In this document: positions 1-9,939 of the stretch, one piece after another
Layout of the letters: every line of letters begins with the position of its first letter
How positions within the stretch are numbered: position 1 is the first letter of the stretch
From: Bacteroidota bacterium
GTDB taxonomy: Bacteria > Bacteroidota > Bacteroidia > Chitinophagales > Chitinophagaceae
NCBI GenBank assembly: GCA_023416995.1
Contig: JAEZGI010000044.1
Span: forward strand, 5,964-69,963
DNA: 64,000 bases
Reading direction: 5' to 3'
Program-made: the position numbers and the translations under genes
Notes under the pieces: model-generated
Told to the model about the DNA's origin: nothing
Databases searched by the model: none
What the model saw: only the letters and a program-made list of their open reading frames with translations

Positions 1-2142
1 GACATCATTGTTCACAATTTTGTTTTTTGTTTGATTGAGCGTAAGAAAAACAAAGAGGTTATTGTTTTTAAACGGGTTCACAGAAGCCAAATTCAATTGT
101 ACTGCGTGAGTGTACTCCTGTTTGAGATCAGGGTTTCCGGCCTTTATGTTCAAAGGGTCCGAAATATCGGGTACGGGTTGTAGTTGATCAATACGGGGCT
201 GATTGGTACTGGTGGCGTAAGAGATTGTCAGATTTTTTTGTCTTGTAAAATTATATTGCACACGGGCATTCGGCAACAGGTTCTGAAACCGCTGGTGTAG
301 TGTTGAGTCTTTTGTGCCGGCAATAATTTTTCCCTCAAGGTCAGCTTGTTGTGCATTCATGCCCACGGCGATGTTGAAGCCATTTTTGACTGCTCTTAAT
401 TTCAACCCGGCGTTTGTGTAACCATACTTATTTGCAAAATCATTTGTCAGAAATTTGTTCAACCGATCATATTTACCGGAGTTTTTATCGAGATCGTAAG
501 TTGTTTTGACGGCCTGGCTCACCGTCTGACTTTTGCCAATATTGAATTCAAGCAATGTTCCTTTCATAATTGGTTCTGTAAGTACACCACGGAGATTATA
601 GCTCCATAAATCACCCTGGTTGAAACTTACCTGGTTGATGGAGTCTTTTCGGATCGCCGTTCCTGTACGTCCATAAAATTCATTAACTGATTGGAGTGAA
701 GCGTTAGCTTCACTTTCATTATAGGAGGTCTGTAAATTGACAGATAAGGTTCTGCCCTTCAATCGAAATTTCTTCCGAAACAACAAATCGTTCCTGAAAT
801 TAAAACCCTCGCTTTCTGACTGGTTCCTGCTATAACCTTCGTTTGTGGGAATACCGTCTGCCGACATCGTGCTGTAGTCGCTGAAATTGTAATTATCCGA
901 CTGCTGCAAGCCAAAGGAGGGAGATATCTTAATCGAATGGAAAGAATCAATTTTTATATCAGCACCCAGGTTTAGTCTTACGCTATTGCTGGTATTTTGG
1001 CTGGTTGCATTTTGTTTATAAAAGTAAGACGAATCGGGTAGCAGGTATTCCCGCTCAATTTGGGTTTCACGATAAGGACTATACCGGTTATAAAACAGGT
1101 TGCTTGTAAAATCAGTATTGTTCCCTATGAGGTTGTTGTAATTAAGTCCACCTCCCCAAATTGTATTTATGCCGCTGCCATTACCATTCATACCCTGCAA
1201 ATTTGACGCCGCATCATCTAAGGTAATTAACATTGAGCCACCTCCTTGTCGCATACGGTTCAGTTCACCCGAGAAGTTGAGCATATCCATGAATGAAAAG
1301 CCTTCAGCATTTGTGTTGTTGCCCATACCAATGGCCGACAGTTGTCTTGCACCTTTAAACGAATTGATATTAAATCGTCCTTCATACGTGCCGGCCGATC
1401 CGCTACCTGCATTCACTTTGCCGAACAGTCCTTTTTTTTTATCTTTTTTCAGTTTCAGGTTTATAGTTTTTTCACTGTTGCCATCGTCAATCCCTGTTAA
1501 TTGTGCGGCATCACTTAATCTGTCATAAGCCTGTACTTTATCTACTGCGTCTGCGGGGAGGTTGCGGGTGGCGAGTTTGGGATCGTTGCCAAAAAACTCT
1601 TTTCCATCTACAAGTACCCGATTCACTTTTTGTCCCTGTGCCGTGATTGTACCTTCTTTGTCTACCTTGATGCCAGGCATATTCTTCAGGAGCTGTTCCA
1701 CATTCGCATTTGGCGGTGTTTTAAATGATCCTGCGTTGTATTGAACCGTATCTCCGATAAGGGTAACCGGCGGGGCCTCGGCGGTAACAGTCACTTCCTC
1801 AAGTATCCTGGCCCGGTCAAACATGTTAATCTTTTCGAGATCGATCTCTTTTGATTCAGGGCCGATTTCAAAGAAGCGGTTTTGGTTATGGTAATTAACA
1901 TGGGTCAGTAACAATCTATAATCACCTGCTGCCAATGCATTAATTAAGAAAACCCCTTTATTATCGGTCATGGTGAATGAAACCAGCGATGAATCATTTT
2001 TCCTCAGTACCGTTACTGTTGCGCCTTTTACTGGCTCGTTGGTTAAAGAGTCATAGAGCTGACCGCGAACGCTCCCGGTCTTTTGTGCATTGGAAGAAGA
2101 ACAAATCAATAATGACAATAGTATTAATATCAACGGTCTCAT
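1..2142 (-). CDS. Outer-membrane beta-barrel / TonB-dependent-receptor-like protein with N-terminal carboxypeptidase-regulatory-like domain. It is partial, because the C-terminus runs off the left window edge.
   Basis: Absent from the ORF track because no stop lies in the window. Manual minus-strand translation from the ATG at 2142-2140 gives MRPLILILLSLLICSSSNAQKTGSVRGQLYDSLTNEPVKGATVTVLRKNDSSLVSF... and stays open in frame to position 1. It shows a signal peptide, a CarboxypepD_reg-like beta-sandwich, then a long beta-strand-rich N/S/T/G/Y sequence. Confidence 0.7.
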   Translation of the reverse strand, partial: MRPLILILLSLLICSSSNAQKTGSVRGQLYDSLTNEPVKGATVTVLRKNDSSLVSFTMTDNKGVFLINALAAGDYRLLLTHVNYHNQNRFFEIGPESKEIDLEKINMFDRARILEEVTVTAEAPPVTLIGDTVQYNAGSFKTPPNANVEQLLKNMPGIKVDKEGTITAQGQKVNRVLVDGKEFFGNDPKLATRNLPADAVDKVQAYDRLSDAAQLTGIDDGNSEKTINLKLKKDKKKGLFGKVNAGSGSAGTYEGRFNINSFKGARQLSAIGMGNNTNAEGFSFMDMLNFSGELNRMRQGGGSMLITLDDAASNLQGMNGNGSGINTIWGGGLNYNNLIGNNTDFTSNLFYNRYSPYRETQIEREYLLPDSSYFYKQNATSQNTSNSVRLNLGADIKIDSFHSIKISPSFGLQQSDNYNFSDYSTMSADGIPTNEGYSRNQSESEGFNFRNDLLFRKKFRLKGRTLSVNLQTSYNESEANASLQSVNEFYGRTGTAIRKDSINQVSFNQGDLWSYNLRGVLTEPIMKGTLLEFNIGKSQTVSQAVKTTYDLDKNSGKYDRLNKFLTNDFANKYGYTNAGLKLRAVKNGFNIAVGMNAQQADLEGKIIAGTKDSTLHQRFQNLLPNARVQYNFTRQKNLTISYATSTNQPRIDQLQPVPDISDPLNIKAGNPDLKQEYTHAVQLNLASVNPFKNNNLFVFLTLNQTKNKIVNNDV

Positions 2143-2662
2143 AACAGAAATTTTCGGGTGTAAGGTGTACACGCGAAACTATTTCCGTAATGTTATAAGG
2201 CAGGTTAACCAGCCTTGCATTAATGTTAATGAAGGTTAATGTTCATGGTAAGTGTATCAAACAATCTTCAAAAAAAATCACCCCACTAATTTGGTAGACT
2301 ATTACCTTTGCTATACTTTCGTATTTCATTAAAGGTGTTTAACTATTTTAACCAAGCCAACTTAGCATGAAACATTTGCACCTCGATCTCAAATCCCGAC
2401 TGGCTCATAATGCTTCTCCAGGACCACCATCTTACCGATGTTGTCATTAATCAGATTTTTAGGTTCGTTGTAGTGACGAATCGTTCCAGCTATATATACA
2501 AAAGGGCCGGAAACTGTTAGCGCAGCTCCGACCCGGGACAAAAGGCTTACCAAGCGTGAATAGGCGTATTTACACTCAACCTCTTGTCTGACAAATATAT
2601 TGTTTCAGCTCTATATTGTCAGGCAACAGGTTGATTAATTCTATCAAAGTAATTAATCAATC

Positions 2663-5600
2663 ATGAAAATCATCGGACCTCCGCGGTTACTGAACCCTTC
2701 AATTCTCCTTTTTCTTTGTTTCCTCTTTTCAACAATCAAGATCTTTTCTCAAACTGGTACACCTATCACTGGTAAAACACTTGCAGGCAAGAGCCGTAGT
2801 CCATTACAGGGTGCCACAGTACAGATAGCAGGCAGTACCAACACTGTTGTAACGGGCAACCAGGGCGAGTTCCGCATCATTACTTACAAACCGCTACCTG
2901 TAACGCTGGTAATTACATACACAGGGTATTCACCTAAGGAAATCGAGATAACTGATGCCAACCCCGTAGAAGTTTTATTAGAAGAGGCGCCGGCCGAATT
3001 ATCTGATGTCGTTGTGGTGGGTTATGGTACCCAACGCAGAAGTGAACTATCAGGTTCCGTAGCAAAGATTGCCGGGCGGGATGTAACAAAAATACCCGTT
3101 GCCAGTTTCGATGCCCAGTTGCAGGGAAAAGCTTCGGGTCTGCAGATCATCTCCAATTCCGGTGTTCCCGGCGAGGGTGTTTTTGTACGGGTAAGAGGTA
3201 CAACTTCCATTAACTCGAGCAGTGATCCCCTGTATGTGATTGACGGGGTATTTCTAAACAATACAAGTCTTCAAAGCACAAATCTTGGTGGCCGCGTTAC
3301 TTCACCCATTGCAGACATTAATCCGGCCGACATTGAAAGTATTGAAGTGTTGAAAGACGCTTCTGCAACCGCTATTTATGGGTCAAGAGGTGCTAACGGA
3401 GTTGTGATTGTTACCACGAAAAAAGGAACATACGGATCGACGCCAAAAATCACCCTCGATGTTGCGAATGGTTGGGTGCAGGCAGACAAATCAACATTAC
3501 CAAAACTGGCAAGCGGTCCTGAAAGCGCTATGCTTGCCAATGAATACTGGATCAACTCTGGTATAGACCGGCCATCACTCAACCAGACTTTTGCCAACCG
3601 TCCTTTCCGCCCGGTTGCTGAAGGAGGAAACGGTTTACCGGAAGAGCAACCCACTGTTGACCGTATCGGTGACTTACTGCGCAAAGGTTATCTGCAGGAT
3701 TATAACCTCTCAATACAAGGTGGAACAAACACATCAAGATATTATTTTGGTGCAGGTTTTACCGACCAGGATGCGCTCATGAAAGTGATCAATTTTTCAA
3801 GGGCAAGTCTCAAATTTAATTTTGATCAGAAACTATCTGACCGGATAAGTTTCGGACTAACTAATAACCTTACCCGTAGTCAACGTAACCAGGCAAGAAC
3901 CGGCGATGGCCCCCAGGTAAGCTTATGGAATTCGGCTGTTTCTGCCGCGACCTATACTCCAAAATATGCGCAGGACGGCACTTCGGTGGGATCGGATAAT
4001 ACCTACATCTTAATGGAGAATTATGATGTGAAAACCATCAGTCTCCGGTATATCGGAAGTGTTTATGGGGAAGCGCAGATAGCAAAGGGACTAAAATTCA
4101 GAACAAGTTTCAGCCTGGATTACAATCATTACGATGAATGGCAATACTGGAACTCGAAAACCAGTATTGGTAAGGCTTCAAATGGTGAAGCAGTTTCTGC
4201 AATCACCCAAAATACTACCTGGATCAACGAACAGACATTATCGTATGCAACCGGGCTCAATGATCATAACATTAATCTGCTTGCCGGTAATACCGTACAA
4301 GGAAATACAATTGCCTCAACTTATGCAAATGGTAAGGGCTTTGCAAATGATAATTATAAACTGATATCTTCAGCCTCTACTCAAACTTCATCACAAGGCT
4401 GGAGCAAATACACCCTCACTTCTTTTTTTGGCCGTGCAGGATACAACTATCAGAAAAAATATTTTGTTGAGGCTACACTCAGAGCAGATGCCTCTTCAAA
4501 GTTTGGTGCTAATAACCGTTGGGGATATTTCCCGGCTTTCTCTGCGGCCTGGCGGGCATCAGAAGAGCATTTCCTGAAGGATGTTTCATGGTTATCTGAT
4601 CTTAAGATCCGCGCCTCTTATGGTATTACCGGCAACCAGGCAGGCATTGATGAGTTTGCATCAAAAGGTCTTTGGTCGGGCGGGAGCAGCTATGCAGATG
4701 TAGTAGGCACACCTTTGCCAGGCATAGGCCCTGCACAATTGGGCAATGATGATCTCAAGTGGGAAAAGACAGCCCAAACCAATATTGGTATTGATCTGGG
4801 TTTGCTGGATAACCGTATCAGCATCACCGCTGATTATTATAAGAAATACACTACAGATCTTCTTCTGCAACAACCGATCCCATCTTCTTCGGGTTTTTCA
4901 ACCTATTGGGCCAATGTTGGCGAGATCACCAACAAAGGTTACGAAGTAAACATCAACACCATCAACGTTGATCGTAAAGATTTCCGATGGACAACAAACC
5001 TCAATTTTTCGGGTAACCGTAACCGTATTGAAAAACTTCCCACTCAGCTTACCCGCTATACACGCGATTGGGTGATTATGAAGGAAGGATATTCGATGAA
5101 CTCTTTCTGGTTGTACAAACAGATTGGTGTCGATCCCGCAAATGGTAGGGTAATTTTTGAAGGACAGGATGAGAATGGCGCTGTGACTGCGGAAGACAGA
5201 CAGATCTACAAAAATTTCTATCCGCGTGTTTATGGAGGTCTTACTAACAATTTTACGTTTGGCAATATTGATCTTGGTATCACATTTTCTTTCCAGGAGG
5301 GCAATTATTCATTAAATCTTCAACGCTATTTCCGCGAGCGTAATCCTCTCAGTGGCGGCGTGTTCTCAAAAGTGCTTGATCGTTGGCAAAAACCCGGTGA
5401 CATAACAGATGTCCCAAGACTCACATCCGTCGGAAACAATTATACAATTGATCAAAACAGTCGCTACCTGGAAGATGCATCCTTTATTCGCCTAAAACAA
5501 TTGACGGTGGGTTACAAAATACCGCAGTCGATTGTGAGCCGGGTAAAACTTTCTGGAGCCAGGTTGTACTTCGTTGGCTCGAATCTTAAACTATGGACGA

Positions 5601-5719
5601 AATACGACGGGGATCCTGAGTCGAATGTTACCTCTGATCCAACAGCACAGGGCATCGGCTCATTTGGTACGCCGCCACAACCAATAGGTTTCCAGTTTGG
5701 CTTGAACGTTACTTTCTAA
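2663..5719 (+). CDS. SusC/RagA-family TonB-linked outer membrane transporter (no STN domain)
   Basis: 1018 aa. Signal peptide, CarboxypepD_reg-like segment (GATVQIAGSTNTVVTGNQGEFRI), plug motif DVVVVGYGTQRRSELSGSV and IESIEVLKDASATAIYGSRGANGVVIVTTKKG, long barrel, C-terminal GLNVTF. Confidence 0.93.
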   Translation: MKIIGPPRLLNPSILLFLCFLFSTIKIFSQTGTPITGKTLAGKSRSPLQGATVQIAGSTNTVVTGNQGEFRIITYKPLPVTLVITYTGYSPKEIEITDANPVEVLLEEAPAELSDVVVVGYGTQRRSELSGSVAKIAGRDVTKIPVASFDAQLQGKASGLQIISNSGVPGEGVFVRVRGTTSINSSSDPLYVIDGVFLNNTSLQSTNLGGRVTSPIADINPADIESIEVLKDASATAIYGSRGANGVVIVTTKKGTYGSTPKITLDVANGWVQADKSTLPKLASGPESAMLANEYWINSGIDRPSLNQTFANRPFRPVAEGGNGLPEEQPTVDRIGDLLRKGYLQDYNLSIQGGTNTSRYYFGAGFTDQDALMKVINFSRASLKFNFDQKLSDRISFGLTNNLTRSQRNQARTGDGPQVSLWNSAVSAATYTPKYAQDGTSVGSDNTYILMENYDVKTISLRYIGSVYGEAQIAKGLKFRTSFSLDYNHYDEWQYWNSKTSIGKASNGEAVSAITQNTTWINEQTLSYATGLNDHNINLLAGNTVQGNTIASTYANGKGFANDNYKLISSASTQTSSQGWSKYTLTSFFGRAGYNYQKKYFVEATLRADASSKFGANNRWGYFPAFSAAWRASEEHFLKDVSWLSDLKIRASYGITGNQAGIDEFASKGLWSGGSSYADVVGTPLPGIGPAQLGNDDLKWEKTAQTNIGIDLGLLDNRISITADYYKKYTTDLLLQQPIPSSSGFSTYWANVGEITNKGYEVNINTINVDRKDFRWTTNLNFSGNRNRIEKLPTQLTRYTRDWVIMKEGYSMNSFWLYKQIGVDPANGRVIFEGQDENGAVTAEDRQIYKNFYPRVYGGLTNNFTFGNIDLGITFSFQEGNYSLNLQRYFRERNPLSGGVFSKVLDRWQKPGDITDVPRLTSVGNNYTIDQNSRYLEDASFIRLKQLTVGYKIPQSIVSRVKLSGARLYFVGSNLKLWTKYDGDPESNVTSDPTAQGIGSFGTPPQPIGFQFGLNVTF

Positions 5720-5739
5720 AGGCTATTAATTCTAAAAAG

Positions 5740-7104
5740 ATGAAATCAATATATTCTGTATTTGCAATTTTTGCTTCGGTCATTTTTACTTCGTGTGAAA
5801 AATTTCTGGATGTTGAACCAAAAGAACTAACATCCGACCAGATAACCATCACTGACGAAAACTCGGCTAAGACTGCAGTGAGAGGGCTTTACAACCAGCT
5901 TGGATCTAACGGTTATTATGGTTATACATTCCAGACACTTGGATTTTTTTCCGGTGATAATATACAATATGTAGGTTCCCAAACAGTCAATCAGCAGCTA
6001 ACCAATCATGATGTGAAGTCTGATCTTGGTGCGGTATCTACAGCATGGACCGCCATTTATAATACTATCAACCGGGCCAATAATGTACTAAGTAAGGTGC
6101 CGGCTATTCCGTTGACCACTTCGTTCACGGAAGCAGTAAAAAATCAATTACTAGGTGAAGCGCATTTTGTACGTGCGCTTGCATATTTCGATCTTGCGCG
6201 AACCTGGGGCGGCGTTCAGCTTGTACTTGAGCCCACATCTTCAGCTGCCGGGCGTAACGATATCAAAAGAAGCACACTTGCAGAAACATACAGCCAGGTG
6301 CTTGCCGATCTTACAAAAGCAGAAGTTTTGTTGCCGGAAACTGTGAATCGCATCAGGGCGACCAAAAAAACAGTGTGGGCCTTAAGAGCGCGTTTTCATT
6401 TGTACCAGCAACAATGGGCAGAGGCAGAAACATATGCTACGAAGATAATTACTGATGTAACGAATTATCAGTTGCGTAGTCCCTGGTCATCTTTTTTTGC
6501 AAACAATGCCCAGGGAACACCCGAATCAGTACTGGAGTTGTATTATACAACAACCGTCACCAACAACCAGGCGAGTCAGTGGCAGCCAGCTACAAAAGGT
6601 GGAGTGGGCTGGATCAAGCCAACCAGTGCACTTGTGTCGTTGCTGACTGATCCGGAGGTTGGTGGTGACAGAAACGCCTTGATACAACGCGTTGTTATCA
6701 ACGGTGTGGAGAACTGGTTCGGAAACCTTTACTACCGCACTAACGGAACTGACCCCGCGTACCTGATCCGGGTTGCTGAACTGTATCTTATCAGGTCAGA
6801 GGCGAGGGCACAGTTAAATAATTTAAGTGGGGCGATCGAAGACGTAACAGCTATCAGGCAAAGGGCCGGTATTGATGAAGCTATTCCCGATAACATCAGG
6901 AAAAACGATTTGCTGTTGATTATAGAGAATGAGAACAGGCTTGAGTTTGCTCTGGAGAACCATCGTTGGTACGACCTTGTGCGCACCAATCGGGCCGCGA
7001 CTGTGTTAGGTATATCGGATCCCAACAAATTCTTACTTCCCATTCCGTTCAGCGAGACCATCGTCGATAAACAATTGGAACAAAATCCGGGATACGGTCA
7101 ATAA
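5740..7104 (+). CDS. SusD/RagB-family nutrient-binding outer membrane lipoprotein
   Basis: 454 aa, starting 20 nt after SusC. Lipoprotein signal (VIFTSCEKFLDVEP). SusD hallmarks: AHFVRALAYFDLARTWGGV, YLIRSEARAQ, NENRLEFALENHRWYDLVR and a C-terminal NPGY-type end. Confidence 0.92.
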   Translation: MKSIYSVFAIFASVIFTSCEKFLDVEPKELTSDQITITDENSAKTAVRGLYNQLGSNGYYGYTFQTLGFFSGDNIQYVGSQTVNQQLTNHDVKSDLGAVSTAWTAIYNTINRANNVLSKVPAIPLTTSFTEAVKNQLLGEAHFVRALAYFDLARTWGGVQLVLEPTSSAAGRNDIKRSTLAETYSQVLADLTKAEVLLPETVNRIRATKKTVWALRARFHLYQQQWAEAETYATKIITDVTNYQLRSPWSSFFANNAQGTPESVLELYYTTTVTNNQASQWQPATKGGVGWIKPTSALVSLLTDPEVGGDRNALIQRVVINGVENWFGNLYYRTNGTDPAYLIRVAELYLIRSEARAQLNNLSGAIEDVTAIRQRAGIDEAIPDNIRKNDLLLIIENENRLEFALENHRWYDLVRTNRAATVLGISDPNKFLLPIPFSETIVDKQLEQNPGYGQ

Positions 7105-7127
7105 TGAACCTCATATAATCTTTTTCA

Positions 7128-8465
7128 ATGAGCAGGATTTTCATTCACAAAGATGTCACATCGCCATGGACACGAACCGAATTGATCCTTTTTCGTTTTG
7201 GTTTTCTTTTTATCGCGCTGCTGACCATACCGTTTTACAAATCTTATTATAGTAATATTTTTTCTATCAACCCGCTTGATCTTTCTTTCCAGGATTTGTT
7301 CCAGGTTAGTCATCATGTACCTGGAATAGGATGGTTCGATAATTCAGCAAGTTCATTTAGCGGATGGCTTGCTGCAGCGACGATAGCACTGGCTGGAACC
7401 ATAATATGGACCATAGCCGACCGCGGCGCGGGCAACTACGACCGTTTGTATTACTGGACCCGGGCCGCCTTAAGATACCGGCTGGCCGGAGGTATCATAG
7501 CGTATGGTTTATTATTACTGTTCCCTGTGTTGATGCCTTCACCGGCTTTGAGTGATCTTCATACCGCTTACGGTGATTTTCTGCCCTGGAAGATTTATTA
7601 TCATTCAACAGCAGTGGCCTCAGCAGGCTACCGGCAAACAATAGGCTTTTTTGAAATATTAGGTGGTTTGTTTTTGTTGAGAAGACGTACAGTAGTGTTT
7701 GGTGCTATCATCATAATGTTTATCCTCGTGAACGTGGTTCTCGCAAACTTTGCTTATGATATTGGCGAACATCTTTACAGTACCTACCTGTTGCTGCTGT
7801 CGGCAGTTTTGCTGGCCCACGATCTGCCTCGTTTATATACTTTGATCGTATTAAGAACAAAAACAACGGCTGATCGCATCAGCCTTCAGTTCAGCAAAAA
7901 CGAAAGGATCTTCAAAAACATTGTTCGTGTTTCGTTTGGCCTGTTTACAGTAGTGTTTGTTGGGTTACTTGTGACAACCTATACCGGTAGCAACTGGCCC
8001 TATCCGGATAAACCTGGTCTTACAAATGCAGCAGGTTATTACAATGTACGTTTCTTTAAAATAAACGATACCATTCTTCCATATTCTGAAACAGATCCTG
8101 TGAGATGGCAGGATGTGGTATTTGAAAAATGGAACGTGTTAAGCGTGCGTACCAGTAAACCCTATCCACCGGTTACAGCGGCCCCCCAGATCATTGCAAC
8201 GGCCAATACGCACCTGGATTATGGATCCATTGGCAATGGCGGGAGAAATTTTTACCGGTACGAACTGTCGGGTGACCACCTCGATCTGTACAGTCAATAT
8301 GATAGCACAGATAAATTAAGGTTTGTGGTTCAAAGACCGGATGCTGCCACGATCATTTTAAACGGCCGAAGCATTGCAGGTGATAGTTTATCAATCACTT
8401 TGGACAAAATCAATAAAGAATACCTGCTGCATAAGGGAAGAAGAAAACCAATTTCAATTTATTAA
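7128..8465 (+). CDS. Polytopic (about 7 TM) membrane protein with a C-terminal ~160 aa soluble domain. DoxX/HTTM-clan-like by weak resemblance; function unknown (paralog 1).
   Basis: 445 aa, starting 23 nt after SusD. Hydrophobic helices include LILFRFGFLFIALLTIPF, GWLAAATIALAGTIIWTIA, YRLAGGIIAYGLLLLFPVLM and FFEILGGLFLLRRRTVVFGAIIIMFILVNVVLANF. Clearly paralogous to the next gene. Confidence 0.6.
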   Translation: MSRIFIHKDVTSPWTRTELILFRFGFLFIALLTIPFYKSYYSNIFSINPLDLSFQDLFQVSHHVPGIGWFDNSASSFSGWLAAATIALAGTIIWTIADRGAGNYDRLYYWTRAALRYRLAGGIIAYGLLLLFPVLMPSPALSDLHTAYGDFLPWKIYYHSTAVASAGYRQTIGFFEILGGLFLLRRRTVVFGAIIIMFILVNVVLANFAYDIGEHLYSTYLLLLSAVLLAHDLPRLYTLIVLRTKTTADRISLQFSKNERIFKNIVRVSFGLFTVVFVGLLVTTYTGSNWPYPDKPGLTNAAGYYNVRFFKINDTILPYSETDPVRWQDVVFEKWNVLSVRTSKPYPPVTAAPQIIATANTHLDYGSIGNGGRNFYRYELSGDHLDLYSQYDSTDKLRFVVQRPDAATIILNGRSIAGDSLSITLDKINKEYLLHKGRRKPISIY

Positions 8466-8475
8466 TCATATAGCT

Positions 8476-9918
8476 ATGTTACTTACTGCCCCTGGTGTTA
8501 AACGCGAAAAGAAGTTGGTATTAAAACCGGGTTCCGAGGTATGGACATCATCCGAAAAATTTTGGTTCAGAGTTTTGTTCCTTTTTGTGATACTGCTGGT
8601 GATACCGTATGAAACCAATTTTTATGTCCGGCTTTTTAACAGCCGTTCATTTTTCTGGTACCTTTCTTCGCTCGCGGGTTATCGCCCTAATTTTTATACA
8701 CTACAGACCGAAAGCGGCCGCTGGGGCCTTGGTTCATACCTCAACTGGGCGATAGCTGGAGGAATCGCTTTGACCGGCGCCATCATCTGGACGCTCGTCG
8801 CCCGTAAAACCGAACGTCACCGCACAAACTATAATGTGTTGTATTACTGGACGCGTGTAGTTATGCGCTATAGAATTGCTGTTGGTCTGATTGCGTTTGG
8901 TTTTTTAAAGGTATACCCGATGCAGATGCCTTATCCATCTTTATCAAACCTGCTGACTGATCTTGGTGACTACAATACTTATAAAATTTATTGGCAGCAT
9001 GTCGGTATCGCCATCTGGTATGAGATACTATTAGGATGGGTTGAAGTGATCGGCGGGATATTGATGTTTTTCCGTGCCACCACATTTATCGGCGCACTTA
9101 TCAACGCAGGTGTTTTGTACAATATAGCACACGCAAACCTGGGATATGATGGCGGGGTACATGTGTATAGTTCGTTTTTTGTGTTGTTTTCGCTGATACT
9201 GTTGATACCTTATGTAATAGATTTGTACCGTTTGTTTGTTGAGCAAAGGGATGTGATGCCAAGACGTTATGTGCCGGCATTTAATTCCGCGGGCAAACGG
9301 CTGTTTTATTATGCAACCAAGGCGACTGTCATTATCTTATTCACCCTCGTTTATGGCTTACTGAGACATGATGTTCACTACAATGAAAAGTATTTAAAAG
9401 AACCGGTGAATCCAGGATTATCGAATGCTGCCGGTATCTATAACGTGAGTGAGTTTAAACTGAATGGAACCGTGTTGCCTTATAATCCACTTGATTCAAT
9501 TCGTTGGCAGAATGTTGTTTTTGAAAACTGGGGAACGATGATATACAAAGTCAATAAAGCTTTCCCGGTTTCACTGAATAACGGCACACCTAATTTGCAA
9601 AACCTGCAAAGAAGTTATGAATTGGCTGGCATAGCCGGAGGACGCAGATTTTTGTATTATGAAGCTGATACAGTCAGTCAGGTTCTTTACCTGAAAGACA
9701 AGGCGCAAAAAAGGGGTGGGGATGAAGAAAGTGCGCGTGGAACCGTTCCTGCAAAAAAACAAAAGCCTGAAGAGCCATTGTTTTCGTGGCGTTATGAGCG
9801 GGCAGGGAGCGACCGTATTATTATCCGTGGCCGTCTTGAAAATAAAGATTCGATAGATGTAGTGTTGGATCGTGTGCAACGAAAATTTGCCATCCAGACT
9901 AATCGTATCCGGTACTAA
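8476..9918 (+). CDS. Polytopic membrane protein, diverged tandem paralog of 7128-8465, with the same C-terminal soluble domain plus a charged tail
   Basis: The track ORF 8374-9918 overlaps the preceding gene, so the in-frame ATG at 8476 (MLLTAPGVKREKK), 10 nt after the upstream stop, is preferred. Shares YYWTR..RYR, PGL(T/S)NAAG.YNV and RWQ(D/N)VVFE.W motifs with paralog 1. Confidence 0.6.
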   Translation: MLLTAPGVKREKKLVLKPGSEVWTSSEKFWFRVLFLFVILLVIPYETNFYVRLFNSRSFFWYLSSLAGYRPNFYTLQTESGRWGLGSYLNWAIAGGIALTGAIIWTLVARKTERHRTNYNVLYYWTRVVMRYRIAVGLIAFGFLKVYPMQMPYPSLSNLLTDLGDYNTYKIYWQHVGIAIWYEILLGWVEVIGGILMFFRATTFIGALINAGVLYNIAHANLGYDGGVHVYSSFFVLFSLILLIPYVIDLYRLFVEQRDVMPRRYVPAFNSAGKRLFYYATKATVIILFTLVYGLLRHDVHYNEKYLKEPVNPGLSNAAGIYNVSEFKLNGTVLPYNPLDSIRWQNVVFENWGTMIYKVNKAFPVSLNNGTPNLQNLQRSYELAGIAGGRRFLYYEADTVSQVLYLKDKAQKRGGDEESARGTVPAKKQKPEEPLFSWRYERAGSDRIIIRGRLENKDSIDVVLDRVQRKFAIQTNRIRY

Positions 9919-9939
9919 TTTTATAGATATCATTGCATC

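Noticed and set aside
1844-1858. A 15-mer, tcgagatcgatctct, containing the palindrome GAGATCGATCTC. It is shared between this gene and the BASS transporter gene (48676-48690).
   Set aside because: Both copies are inside coding sequence in unrelated genes. A handful of shared 15-mers are expected by chance when both strands of 64 kb are compared, and there is no flanking similarity.
2290-2310. A TTTG ... TACCTTTG pair resembling Bacteroidota -33/-7 promoter boxes in the gap upstream of SusC 2663
   Set aside because: The TAnnTTTG match (2303-2310) is good, but the candidate -33 TTTG is only 9 nt away rather than about 19. The element is also 350 nt from the ATG. It is not convincing without TSS data.
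2389-2604. A 72-codon open frame on the minus strand in the 520 nt gap before SusC 2663, ending ...GTIRHYNEPKNLINDNIGKMVVLEKHYEPVGI. It might be a gene remnant.
   Set aside because: It has no plausible start codon until near the 3' end, I recognise no family from the sequence, and it is too short to distinguish from chance. It would need a translated search against relatives to revive it.
8374-8475. An upstream extension of the second membrane-protein ORF, overlapping the first by 92 nt
   Set aside because: The extension (MQVIVYQSLWTKSIKNTCCIREEENQFQF...) is the out-of-frame read of the preceding gene's 3' end. The ATG at 8476, 10 nt after the upstream stop, aligns with the N-terminus of the paralog.
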